NCBI RefSeq assembly: GCF_006345805.1
Contig: NC_043002.1
Span: 112,964,001 to 113,028,000, forward strand
DNA: 64,000 bases
Source of the DNA: Octopus sinensis
Taxonomy: Eukaryota
Direction: 5' to 3'
The notes beneath the pieces were generated by a model. It searched no databases. It had not been told where the DNA came from and saw only the letters and a program-made list of their open reading frames with translations. Positions 1 to 11,189 of the stretch are shown here, piece by piece; position 1 is the first letter of the stretch, and each line of letters starts with the position of its first letter. The translations under genes and the position numbers were made by a program.

Positions 1-75
1 GGAAGGGGATATATACGCCACAGAAACTAAAAAACTGACCATCTGATCCTATGACTCAAGAAGAACCTTTGATAA

Positions 76-262
76 GGCGGCAAGCTGGCAGAACCATTAG
101 CACTTCGGACAAAACACTTCACTTTTCGAATTCAAATTCTGTCAAGGTCGACTTTATCTTTCATCCTTACAGGGTTGGTGATATAAGTACTGGAGTAGAT
201 GTAATCGACTCACCTCCTGCCTCCAAATTTAAGGCCTTGTACCTACAGCAGAAAGTATTATT
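76..262 (+). mobile_element. old degenerate tRNA-SINE family B copy
   Basis: GGCGGCAAGCTGGCAGAA head and GTCGACTTTATCTTTCATCCTT central motif match the younger B copies. Confidence 0.7.
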
Positions 263-277
263 CATAAAAGTGCGATA

Positions 278-675
278 TCTTTATATATAAAAGTGAAGTT
301 GTGTGTCTGTCTCCTACGATTTAGATTCCTAACTACTCCCACATTTTGCGGTGCAGTGTAACCAAAAGCGGGTATCTTATAGTCGTGATTCATATCAAGC
401 CCTTCTGGGTATTAGCGCGCGTCTACGATGAGTCTACGATTTTAAAAAAAATTTACAATCATTTTTTCCCATTTTTAATGCATTTTTTCGCTATTATATA
501 AGGGAAGTAACTCTCTAAAAATGTATTATTAAATCTCAGAACGTAAAAAGCTACAGTAACACCCCCCCCCTTTGTGGTTAGCCATATTGAGATGGCTATT
601 ATACTTTACATCTCTAAAAATGCTTATATAGTTATTTCCCTTACAAACCCGAGCAACGCCGGGCGATACTGCTAG
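278..675 (+). mobile_element. non-autonomous Helitron, subtype 1
   Basis: 5' TC, 3' CTAG, subterminal GC hairpin CCCGAGCAACGCCGGG, inserted between A and T with no TSD; 7 copies in window. Confidence 0.9.
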
Positions 676-1121
676 TATGAAATAAAGTAATACAAAATAA
701 ATATAAACCTCCTCCCCACCACCACCACCACCACCACCAAAAAAAAGACGGTGGTCATGGCTGGATTCAAGTTTGAGCTAAATAACAATAACAACTATTT
801 GTTAATATGAACTAAAAGCAATTCTGTACAAATCACAGTTCGGTAAAGATGTGAGTGTAAGAAAATGAACGGTGATAGAAAGGGTACCTAACATATAATA
901 AGACCAAAACATGTAATGTTTTTCGTACTTGTCGAAATAATTAACATATTAGTCATTAATTAATATTGTTTCTTTTATCTTTACTGCATAATTATTTCTA
1001 GTTAGCTTTTTAATATTTTCTGCATCTAAGATATTAGCCCAAAGTTAACTACATCAGTCTATGTTAGCTTCTCAATTTAGTTGTCTGAAGTGTGTGTGCA
1101 TGTGTGTGTGTGTGTGCGTAC

Positions 1122-1165
<44 letters not shown>

Positions 1166-2639
1166 ACGGGTAAATTTCATACGCTATCATTGATGCTACC
1201 TTGACATATTCAATAGACTTTTGAAAACCTATTTAAATTGAAAATAAAATGCCTCAAAATATATTATTTCTACTTTAATCTTCAGAAATATTATTACTTT
1301 ATAAATGTTACCGCCAATAAGTATTTGCCAAATTTTCCGTTTGCGTTTGTGCTAGAGGTCACGAAACGGTTCAATAAAACTAGATTGGCATAGATAGGCT
1401 AATCTTTGTCGTCTATGCTATAATTTCTGGTGCGGAAATGGTAATCTGAGCTATGTAAAGTGTTTTAGAACTTTAAAGATCACACGCTAAATATGTAAAT
1501 TTACTATAATCATGATATTGGTGTGTGTTTGATATTGAAAAAGTTTATTACATAGCTTTCAAATAAAAATAAACATTTAAAAGTGTTATTTTATGTAAAT
1601 ATGTGTTGTTGATTTAGACTAGAAAGATGACTGCCAACTCAATCAACCAAAACAAACAGTACCAACTCGAAATATTTTTAAAAAAGAAAAATAAGGAGAC
1701 TAATTTTGACTATTAACTGCATTATAGTACCACCTTGAGAGGGTACGCAGAGCAAAAATATAACTACTGATTTCTGAAGATTCCTAATTGGTTCTAAGTA
1801 GGCTGAAGATTTAGTAAACGTATACGACTCTGGTAGTCCTGTAGATAAAAGATTTAAGGCATTTTTCCGTGGGTATATGGAAGCATTGAATCTTCTTCTT
1901 TTCTCCGAAGGCTCGACGATACAACACTGCAAGCTAACGGGGTATTCGTGAATTATATATTTCTCCTGCTAATAACAGCAGTAAGCCTATTTAGTTTGTT
2001 TACTCGGATCAGCGAGAATTAACTGTCTTGGTTAAGGTTACTACAAACTACCTATGAAAGGTTAGGAAACTGAACTTCTGGTTAATTGTTTGATATTTGT
2101 TGTTTAACCGCAGGCTGACCCTAACCGAACAAACTTTTAATAAAAAATATTCCAATCGCGACCATTCTCTTTTCTATGAGTATTTAGGACTACATTATGT
2201 TAAGTGTCCCTCTCTTTTTAACTTCATAGGGTGGGATTTGCGAGAGATTTGCCTGCTATTTCAACAGGTTGAGCGATAGTATAGAGGCCCGATTGATCGA
2301 CATTTCATTGACTTGAGTTTCTACGACATCAAGCAAAGATATGGGATCCAACGTAAATATCACAGTGCTAGTAGAAAAAAATAAAATTCACATCCGACTA
2401 AACCAGTCTTTTAGTTTGAGTTCGTAGGAATTCCAAGAGCAATACTGCATCTATAATAAAAGATTTCTAAGATCAAATCTCGCCAGGATCTATTGTTTTT
2501 CTTTTATCCTTCTAGGGTCGAAAGAGTAAACAGCAGATTATACTGGGATACGATTTCAATCGATTACTCTTCCCCCTTGAAGATTTGATTTAATTAATAA
2601 ATCTTGCCCTGATAAAGGACTGCAATACTCCTTTCATAA

Positions 2640-3030
2640 TTTTTACTTATATCTTTTGTTTTGGTCATTTAGACTGAGGTCATGCTGGGTCACCACCTTG
2701 AAGAATTTCAGTCGAACACATCGACTCCAGTATTTTTTTTAAGCCTGGTACTTTTTACAGCCTAGTTCGGTCTTTCTTGCTGTACCGTTAAGTTACGAAG
2801 AGGTATATACACACCAATACACACCAAAAAGCGTCCATTTTTCTGTCTGAAGGCACTGAAAAAATAGGGGTGTATCCTTCGATGTGTTCTCACACTGTTT
2901 CCGGCAACCAAATTTCTGGCATAAGGCTTTGGTTGCTCTGAGTTTATGGAATAAGATATTCGTTCAAGGCGTTGAGCAATGGGATTGAACCCGAAGCTAC
3001 GTAACTTCATAAACGTACAACTATTCCCAC
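2640..3030 (-). mobile_element. old degenerate SINE family C copy
   Basis: diverged match to the reverse complement of family C (tail through head). Confidence 0.6.
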
Positions 3031-3452
3031 GTCCATGAAATAGATAAACAGAGACATTTGAGATTCAATGATTTGAATCACAAAAAAAAAAAAAAAATCT
3101 TAAAATTTATCTTTAGCTTCCATTCACAGCTTTGTTATCTGTTGAAGCTACAGACGTTTCCTAAATCAAATTTCACAAGATATTTTCAATAGACTTTGTT
3201 GATTTCTTCGTGTTTATTCTGCGCCAGGGAACTGAACTTTGTCATATAACTTCGTCCTTGCCATTACCCAATTTTCCCATCCCTCAACACATTAGAATTA
3301 CAGATGAATACACTGCTGCCTAATCTAACATCGAGGAGTTGAACATAAGGTTCAGAGTTCATTTTCTGCTGTGTGGTCACTAATAAAAAAGTACACACGC
3401 ACGTGTGTGTGTGTGTAGGTGTGCATGTGTAAAAGCATATATGTATATATAG

Positions 3453-3514
<62 letters not shown>

Positions 3515-4202
3515 TTATATATCTGGGGGTGTAAAATTCAAACTTTGGCGTGGTAAAACCAGCAGTTTTGATTGATTAAAACTGACCTCGAGTTAATACG
3601 GTAGACTTGTATTAACAACAGTTACAGTAAGGAACGAGCAAAGTTATATTTCAGGAGATGATAGACCCTTTTAATCATAGGTTAATGTGTGGAGAAGGGA
3701 CTGAAGCTAGCGATGGACAGTAGAATACCAGAGGTGATAAGGAAAGCCGAATACAATTTTCCTTAACGGTTGAATTAATGAGACGAAGGTTAAAGTACAC
3801 ACCACGACTTACTACTAACACTTTTGACAAACAGTAGAAATGAGTCAAAACTAAAAGGTAAGTTTATTGTGATAGATTCATCGAGAGATTTGCAACAAAA
3901 ATCTTGTTTGCCAAATGTCAGTTTTCATGTATGCATACTTTCAGCTGTTTTCAGTCTTCCGTAAAAAGTGTCCATTACTTTAGATTTCTTTTGTTGGATG
4001 AGTGTCAAATTCTTTATAGAGTATTATAGAGATGTATAACTGCGTAAAGAAATGGATATTTTTGCAACAAAAGCTTTAATAAGATATCTGTTTACTTAGA
4101 TAAAAGGACAAAACCAACTGTCTCCTTACCAAACCACAGTGAAACAGAGAAGTAAATCTATGCGCACACACACACACACACACACACCACACACACACAC
4201 AC

Positions 4203-4252
<50 letters not shown>

Positions 4253-4801
4253 ATAATATATATTATATATATATATATATACATATATACACACGCGAAC
4301 ACAATATTAGATATCTTTTTAATGAAATTTCAAAGGAATTTGCAGTAGCTTCAATGACGCTTCTACTTTCTGTTCCGTTAATAACATTGTATACAGTTGT
4401 GGAAGCGATGGTGAATGATTGAGTTGATGGAGAAGTAACGGACGACGATTGAAAAGTCAGCGACTCATATTTTGTCTTCACCGTAACTATGGAACCAACT
4501 TTGGTTTTATTGGCGCCAATTCTGTCGTTGCCACCTCCCATTTGAAATCTCTTCTTTATATTCCGATGTGTGTGTGTGTGTGTGTGTCTGTGTGTAATTG
4601 AAACAGGTTTTAAGGAAAAAAGAACACACGTGATGTAATTAAGTGAAAAGTAAAAAACAAAACAAAAATGCACACTAGGTATGAATGCAGTGGCTTTTTT
4701 TAAAACAAATAAATATACAAACAAATGAGTTGAAGTTATATTAAGATGTATAAAATCATTATAAAAAGTCATATTGGTTTCGCTATAGATGGTCACACAA
4801 A

Positions 4802-5197
4802 TCTTTATATATAAAAGTGAGGTTGTGTGCTGTCTGTCTCCTACGATTTAGATTCCTAACTACTCCCACATTTTGCGATGCAGTTTAACCAAAACCGGGT
4901 ATCTTATAGTCGTGATTAGTATCGAGCCCTTCTGGGTATTAGCGCGCGTCTACGATGAGTCTACGATTTAAAAAAAAATTTACCATCAATTTTTCCCATT
5001 TTTAATGCATTTTTGGCATATATAAGGGAAGTAACTCTCTAAAAATTTATTATTAAATCTCAGAACGTAAAAAGCTACAGTAACCCCCCCCCTTTGTGGT
5101 TAGCCATATTGAGATGGCTATTATACTTAACATCTCTAAAAATGTTTATATAGTTATTTCCCTTACAAACCCGAGCAACGCCGGGCGATACTGCTAG
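4802..5197 (+). mobile_element. non-autonomous Helitron, subtype 1
   Basis: A|TC ... hairpin ... CTAG|T; near-identical to 278-675. Confidence 0.9.
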
Positions 5198-5491
5198 TAT
5201 ATATATAAGAAAACAAAAATGGAACAAGAACGTAATAGACGACAACAAAACATCCGGACAATTAGATGATACAAAAAGGACAGGAAAAAACAAGGAGGGG
5301 GTCATTCGGTGCTTTCTATCCTCAGTCGAGTTCCAGATTATCTCGAGACTGCTCCAATCTGGCCGGCCCCAAGAAAATCTAAGCTAAGAGCACTAGATTC
5401 CTTGGAAGAAAGCAAGCGAATGTATAGGAATACAAGGACGGAGATACATCAATGGATAGGTATGTCTGTTAACTGCAAAAATAAACATGAT

Positions 5492-5575
5492 CTCTAACAG
5501 CTGTTTCGATTCCTACTTTAAAGATTATAATTGTACCAATTAAATCATTTTATAAAGCAGAATCTCGTCCGAGGC
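5492..5575 (-). ncRNA. degenerate minimal hammerhead-like motif in a putative PLE terminus
   Basis: minus strand: CGGACGA-GATTC...GAATC-GAAA-CAGCTG-TT; long stem II, palindromic stem III, weak stem I. Confidence 0.45.
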
Positions 5576-5890
5576 ATAAAAAAATGAAGATACCAATATA
5601 TTATTCGATGTAAAGCATATGGAACATTACAGCAAACTGAGTATTGTTATATGGATAAATTTGGTATAAACCTATTAAGGGGGTGTATATTTAGTGCGAA
5701 AGTAACTGTATATTAATATACTCTAGATAATAGTTAGAAGGATAGAGCTATATAATAAATAGTAATTAACCATGTATATAAGTATCATATTAATATTGGG
5801 GCAAATATATTTATAGTTTATTATTATAGAGATTAATAATAAGTAGAAGTTATTAATAGTCAAAATATTTATCCAATAGATAAATATATA

Positions 5891-6288
5891 TCTTTATATA
5901 TAAAAGTGAAGTTGTGTGTCTGTCTTCTACGATTTAGATTCCTAACTACTCCCACATTTTGCGGTGCAGTTTAACCAAAACCGGGTATCTTATAGTCGTG
6001 GTTCATATCGAGCCCTTCTGGGTATTAGCGCGCGTCTACGATGAGTCTACGATTTAAAAAAAAATTTACCATCATTTTTTTCCATTTTAATGCATTTTTT
6101 CGCTATTATATAAGGGAAGTAACTCTCTAAAAATGTCTACGATGAGTCAACGATTTAAAAAAAAATTTACCATAATTTTTTTTCCATTTTTAATGCATTT
6201 TTTGCTATTTTTTTGGCTATAACTCTCTAAAAATGCTTATATAGTTATTTCCCTTACAAACCCGACCAACGCCGGGCGATACTGCTAG
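5891..6288 (+). mobile_element. non-autonomous Helitron, subtype 2 (internal duplication)
   Basis: A|TC ... CTAG|T with 3' hairpin; internal ~90-bp block repeated. Confidence 0.9.
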
Positions 6289-6439
6289 TAATAAATATAT
6301 GCAAAAATCTATGTAGTAATTAGATGCAGAAAAAATTATATAAATATGTCTGATTAATATATTCATATTCATGCTCAATTTGCTGTAATGTTCCGTATAA
6401 TTTATTGGTAATAATTTATTGGTATATCTTTTTCCTGTC

Positions 6440-6632
6440 TTTTTTCGGGGTGGGTGGGGGATAAGTCGATTACATCGACTCCAGTCTTCAACTGGTACTT
6501 ATTTTATCGATCTCGAAAGGATGAAAGGCAAAGTCGACCACGGCGAAAATTTGAACTCAGAAGGTGAAGACGAACGAAATGCCGCTAAGCATTTTGTCTG
6601 GCGTGCTAACAGTTCTGCTAGCTTGTTGCCTT
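6440..6632 (-). mobile_element. old SINE family B copy
   Basis: GAAAGGATGAAAGGCAAAGTCGACC motif and head on the minus strand. Confidence 0.75.
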
Positions 6633-6857
6633 AGTCACAGAAAATATTAACGGCTAAAAAAAAAGACACAAAGAAAAAGATGACAGGAAAGCTTCAATAA
6701 GAGACTGCTATGATATATTGTTTTTGTTTTACTTAATATACTGAATAAAACGTGAATTCCCCCCCCCCCTCTTACATGTAATGCTAATAGGCCGATATAA
6801 TACTTTATTTACATTATTTACATTTGACGGATATTTGTCCTCATCTTATTTGTTGTT

Positions 6858-6903
6858 AACACAACGTTTTGACTGATATACCCTCCAGTCTTCATCAGGT
6901 ATC
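6858..6903 (-). ncRNA. minimal type I hammerhead-like motif (G12 mutated to A)
   Basis: minus strand: GATAC-CTGATGA-A-GACTG(gagggtatat)CAGTC-AAAA-CG-TT-GTGTT. Confidence 0.7.
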
Positions 6904-6913
6904 TTGGGGAAAT

Positions 6914-7246
6914 TTCGAAGACGATCAGATACCGTCGTAGTTCCGACCGTAAACGATGCCGACTGGCGCTCCGCCGGCGTTTGCTTCGTTGACCCGGCGG
7001 GGAGCCTGCGCGGGAAACCATAGTCGGTTCCGGGGGGAGTATGGTTGCAAAACAGAAACTTAAAGGAATTGACGGAAGGGAACCACCAGGAGTGGAGCCT
7101 GCGGCTTAATTTGACTCAACGCGGACACCGGTAGGATTGACAGATCGATAGCTCTTTCTCGATTCGGTGGGTGGTGGTGCATGGCCGTTCTTAGTTGGTG
7201 GAGCGATCCGTCTGGTTGATTCCGATAACGAACGAGACTCCGGCCT
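6914..7246 (+). rRNA. 18S rRNA fragment (pseudogene, central-3' part) embedded in the PLE terminus
   Basis: conserved SSU motifs GATCAGATACCGTCGTAG, AAACTTAAAGGAATTGACGG, GCGGCTTAATTTGACTCAAC, GGTGGTGCATGGCCGTTCTTAGTTGGTGG, GATAACGAACGAGAC; small internal deletions. Confidence 0.97.
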
Positions 7247-7286
7247 CATTTCTAGGATATTTTTCGATATCGTTATCATTCAAGTC

Positions 7287-7339
7287 ACTCGGAATCTTGA
7301 AGTTAGTAGCCCGCGCTCTTATCCACTACGCCATATAGC
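7287..7339 (-). other. tRNA-like head (A-box present, B-box truncated) in the PLE 3' region
   Basis: minus strand GCTATATGGCGTAGTGGATAAGAGCGCGGGCTACTAAC..GATTCCGAGT; TGGCGTAGTGG fits the Pol III A-box. Confidence 0.55.
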
Positions 7340-7362
7340 AATTATGGAGTGAATTTTAGAGC

Positions 7363-7830
7363 TTATAAATCTAATATTCTCCTATCCTTCCTTAATACCG
7401 GTTCCCATATGCTACTCATATTTGCACTCGGTCTGCTTAGGAGGTTGTTGTGTCTTAGCATATATACTGCTTCTTTTAGTCTTCGTATTTTCCAGTGATG
7501 TTCTCTGTCTATTATTTTAACTTCATCCCATAGGGGGAGTTGGTTTCCATTTTTCCATACATGATCAGCTATAGCCGATTTATCAATATCTCCCCGTGAT
7601 ACAGCTTTGCGATGTTCCTCTACCCTTATTTTGAAGGGGCGGCACGTTTCGCATTTGTATAACCTACTACAGTTGCATGGGATGGAGTACACGAAGTTCT
7701 TAGTCATATTCTCTTCTATTGGTGGTTTTACTCGAAGGAGATATTTGCGAAGTGTTGTATTACTTTTGAATACTGTCCCGATGTCATATGGGCCGCATAT
7801 CTTTTGTATCTTTTCAAAGAGGCCTTTCAC
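7363..7830 (-). pseudogene. Penelope-like RT C-terminus plus GIY-YIG endonuclease fragment
   Basis: NFVYSIPCNCSRLYKCETCRPFKIRVEEH...SAIADHVW...W.EVKIIDRE...RRLKEA, typical of the PLE GIY-YIG domain. Confidence 0.9.
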
Positions 7831-7925
7831 AGACAGGGTAGACAGACTTTGGACAGTTTATCGGTTTCATCCTCCCTTTTCTTCATAATTGGAATGGAAA
7901 GTATACTCTCCACTCCAATTATGAA

Positions 7926-7932
7926 TGATGAT

Positions 7933-8020
<88 letters not shown>

Positions 8021-8106
8021 AAGAAGAAGAAGAAAAAGAAAAGAAGAAGAAGAAGAAGAAGAAGAAGAAGAAGAAGAAGAAGAAGAAGAAGAAGAAGAAG
8101 AAGAAG

Positions 8107-8137
<31 letters not shown>

Positions 8138-8150
8138 GCAACAACAACAA
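7926..8150. repeat. compound (AAT)n(AAG)n(AAC)n microsatellite
   Basis: direct reading. Confidence 0.95.
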
Positions 8151-8200
8151 CATCGAAAAATACCTTAGGAATGAGAATTCAGGTTCGAAATTTCCCCCAA

Positions 8201-8231
8201 GACACCTGATAAAGGCTGGAAACGTTGTGTT
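8201..8231 (+). ncRNA. hammerhead-like remnant with stem II deleted
   Basis: GACAC-CTGATAA-AGGCTG-GAAA-CG-TT-GTGTT; homologous to 6858-6903. Confidence 0.5.
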
Positions 8232-8354
8232 AACAACAAACAAGATGAGGACAAATATCCGTCAACTGTAAATAATGTACATAACTTCTCATCTCTTAAA
8301 TATAGAACCGATATAATGCTGTGTTGTGTATTATTATCATATATTGAGTGTTAA

Positions 8355-8740
8355 TAAGCAATGTGGCAGTGTGGTAAGAAGCTTGCTTGTCAACCACATG
8401 GTTCCGGGTTCAGTCCCTCTGCGTGACACCTTGGGCAAGTGCCTTCTAATAGATCCTCGGGCCGAGCAAAACCTTGTGAGTGGATTTGGTAGGCGGAAAC
8501 TAAGAGAAGCTCGTCGTGTATGTATATGTATATGTATATATCCACGTCTGTGTTTGTCCCTACCACCAACTTGACAACCGATATTGGTGTGTTTACGTCC
8601 CCGTATCCTAGCGGTTCGGTAAAACAGACCGATAGAATAAGTAGTAGGCTTAAAAAATATAAGACCTGAGATCGATTTATGCGACTAAAACCCTTCAAGG
8701 TGGTGCCCCAGAATAAGAGAAACAAGTAGAAGATAAAAGA
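8355..8740 (+). mobile_element. SINE family C (tRNA head plus CORE-like domain)
   Basis: GTGGCAGTGTGGTAAG..GGTTCAGTCCC..GTGACACCTTGGGCAAGTG; many copies in window. Confidence 0.85.
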
Positions 8741-9434
8741 ATAATCTTAACTATTACTTGTGCTATTTAAATGAAGCGTGGCTATCTTTCTATGTGGCAC
8801 CTACCCAGCCAAAATTGAGATGTTTTTTTCAGTGATTTTATTTCCGTTCACCAATGTCACCCAACTAATAATTTTTCTCGCCCGATAACATGTATCCTCG
8901 GGACTTCCCCCACCTGTCCATGTTATTGTTACTTCTTAACGCCAGATAAACCTTCGGGAACAGACGCATAATCAAAGGCATTCCAGCAAATAGAAAATAG
9001 CCACAAATACTTTATGTAATGTATCCTTTTTCAAAACAAAAAAAAAGGGCAGTAAGGTATGCTTTCAGGGTGATTCAGCAACAATTTCTAGTGGATCGAG
9101 GGACCAGGTAGAGGCTCCCTTCCTGACTCATCTATTGGCTTTGTTACCGTTGTTGTTGTTGTCTGGCCTTAGGCCTACGGATCATAAGACCCCCAGAAGA
9201 CATTTGGCAAGGCAGAATAAGGTTAGTTTCAGATTTGTTTTTAAGTTTTTAAGTAGGGGGCCTTCTCAAAATTCCTGCGGGCTGATTTTTTTTTTTTTTT
9301 TTGTTCATTTGTTTGTTAAGGGACCTATTGGATACACAAGGGCTTTTCCTTGGTTATCGCATCTCAGGAGCGATGCAACCCTACATCAGAGATCAGCTCA
9401 ATTAAGGCTGACCTGATGCCTTTCTATTTTAACT

Positions 9435-11160
9435 ACCATGTGTGAATGAAAAACAACGGAAAACTTGGCGTGACTTGAATTTAGGATTACACTGGTCAAC
9501 ACATATTACCTGGTACAAGGTGTATCAATGGATTTTATCTAATTTTGGGGCGCTGAATCCAAATCTGGCATCAGATTTTGTCTATCACAACAGATTATTT
9601 AGATATAAAATCTTTTAGTTTTACTAGAAACAGCTATTTAATGCTCAGAACATACATAGATGCAATTTCTAATAGACAATATCTTTTTTAAACCTTATAA
9701 ATCAAAACACAAAGTGGTGGGAGTAAATGCACATTAGCATGTTAGAATTAAGCTCGGTGATAACAAAACATGAATACAAGGTCTATTTATTGTGGTCATT
9801 AGGCGAGCTGGCAGAGACGTTAGCACGCCGGGCGAAATGCGTAGCCGTATTTCGCCTGCCGTTACGTTCTGAGTTCAAATTCCGCCGCGGTCGACTTTGC
9901 CTTTCATCCTTTCGGGGTCGATAAATTAAGTACCAGTTACGCACTGGGGTCGATATAATCGACTTAATCCCTTTGTCTGTCCTTGTTTGTCCCGTCTGTG
10001 TTTAGCCCCTTGTGGGTAGTAAAGAAATAGGTATTTCGTCTGGCGCTACGTTCTGAGTTCAAATTTCATCCTTTCATCCTTTCGGGGTCGATAAATTACT
10101 GGTCCCACGATCCACTACCTGGTCTCTACCTGGTCCCACGATCCACTAGAAATTGTTGCTGAATCGCCCTGAAAGCATACCTTACTGCCCTTTTTTTTGT
10201 TTTGATAAAGGATACATTACATAAAGTACCAGTTACGCACTGGGGTCGATGTAATCGACTTGATCCGTTTGTCTGTCCTTGTTTGTCCCCTCTGTGTTTA
10301 GCCCCTTGTGAGTAGTAAAGAAATATATTTATTGTGGTCATTCATTCCGATCATGTTATTACTGCAAGAACTTCCTCACTTTTGACGATCTCTTGTGCAC
10401 ATCGCCTGGAATGTCTCTCATCAAACCCCAGCAGTAACCTACCATCATGTTTGAGTCCCACCAGCGTTTGAGTCCCACCAGTCTTGGTAGCATTCTTCCA
10501 TTACTTTTACGTCTTGATGAAAGCGTTAACCTTGTTCTTCGTTAACCCACGTTCTCAGGAAACTAACCCAAGTGACTGCGCAAGTAGTGCAATTTGATGC
10601 TCATTCTACACCCAAGTACTTGCGATCCCAAGAGCAGCTTCTCCACAATCTCTTGATTGTCACCTTTGTTACTTTTTGGAGTGCTGATTTCAAAACAGAC
10701 CTCACGTTTGCTCTATCACATCACATTTTTGTGCCATAGGTATATACCTTTATTTAGCTGGAGCATAGCAAAAGTTAACTTTACACCACTATTTGCGAGA
10801 ACTGTGGCTTGATTGTCACTCTAATTTTCAATATGTTTAAGATAGGTTTTGCTTTAAAACTCTATCTCTTCTTTCAGGTGTGAACCAAACCACCGTGATC
10901 TAGTCATGGAAACAGTAAAAAGAAGGACGCGTTCTAATGACCCCGATATCTTGTTACAGCTGTGAAAACTTCACTCGACGGGCTCAAGGGCGTAACATTA
11001 ATAACTTTGTCAAGAAGGTGTATCTTGCTTACTTTAAAGTAAACTTGGAGACCAGGACAAAACCTGGGCTCCCCACAAAGTTTGCAAAACCTGTGTTGAA
11101 ACTTGGTGTGATGAAGCAATTCATCAAAGCTCTTGATCACAGTGGAGACTGCTTCAGATA
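9435..11160 (+). mobile_element. decayed DNA transposon, superfamily not assigned, interrupted by SINEs
   Basis: ORF 10937-11167 has NINNFVKKVYLAYFKV and LKLGVMKQFIKALD..GDCFRY, resembling a widespread animal transposase; left boundary uncertain. Confidence 0.55.
9800..10325 (+). mobile_element. tandem SINE family B copies; the second carries a templated insertion
   Basis: GGCGAGCTGGCAGA head, GAGTTCAAATTCC B-box, GCCTTTCATCCTTTCGGGGTCGATAAA central motif, tail ...GTAAAGAAATAG. Confidence 0.9.
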
Positions 11161-11189
11161 TATATAAATATAAATATATATATATATAT

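Larger units (their letters stand above)
6805..8307 (-). mobile_element. 5'-truncated Penelope-like retroelement with inverted copy of its terminus
   Basis: GIY-YIG ORF on the minus strand; 6810-6919 plus 7245-7270 is an inverted match to 8150-8280; hammerhead-like motif in both termini; palindrome at the fold-back junction. Confidence 0.85.

Noticed and set aside
1678-1952. open frames on both strands in unique sequence
   Set aside because: No recognisable protein motif or paired splice signals.
4263-4796. 177-aa minus-strand ORF with a Ser/Thr-rich stretch as a host exon
   Set aside because: It runs through microsatellites, and I see no convincing splice sites or recognisable domain. It cannot be excluded without RNA-seq.
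6914-7246. functional rRNA gene or rDNA unit
   Set aside because: Only ~330 bp with internal deletions, no adjacent 18S, ITS or 28S sequence, and embedded in a retroelement.
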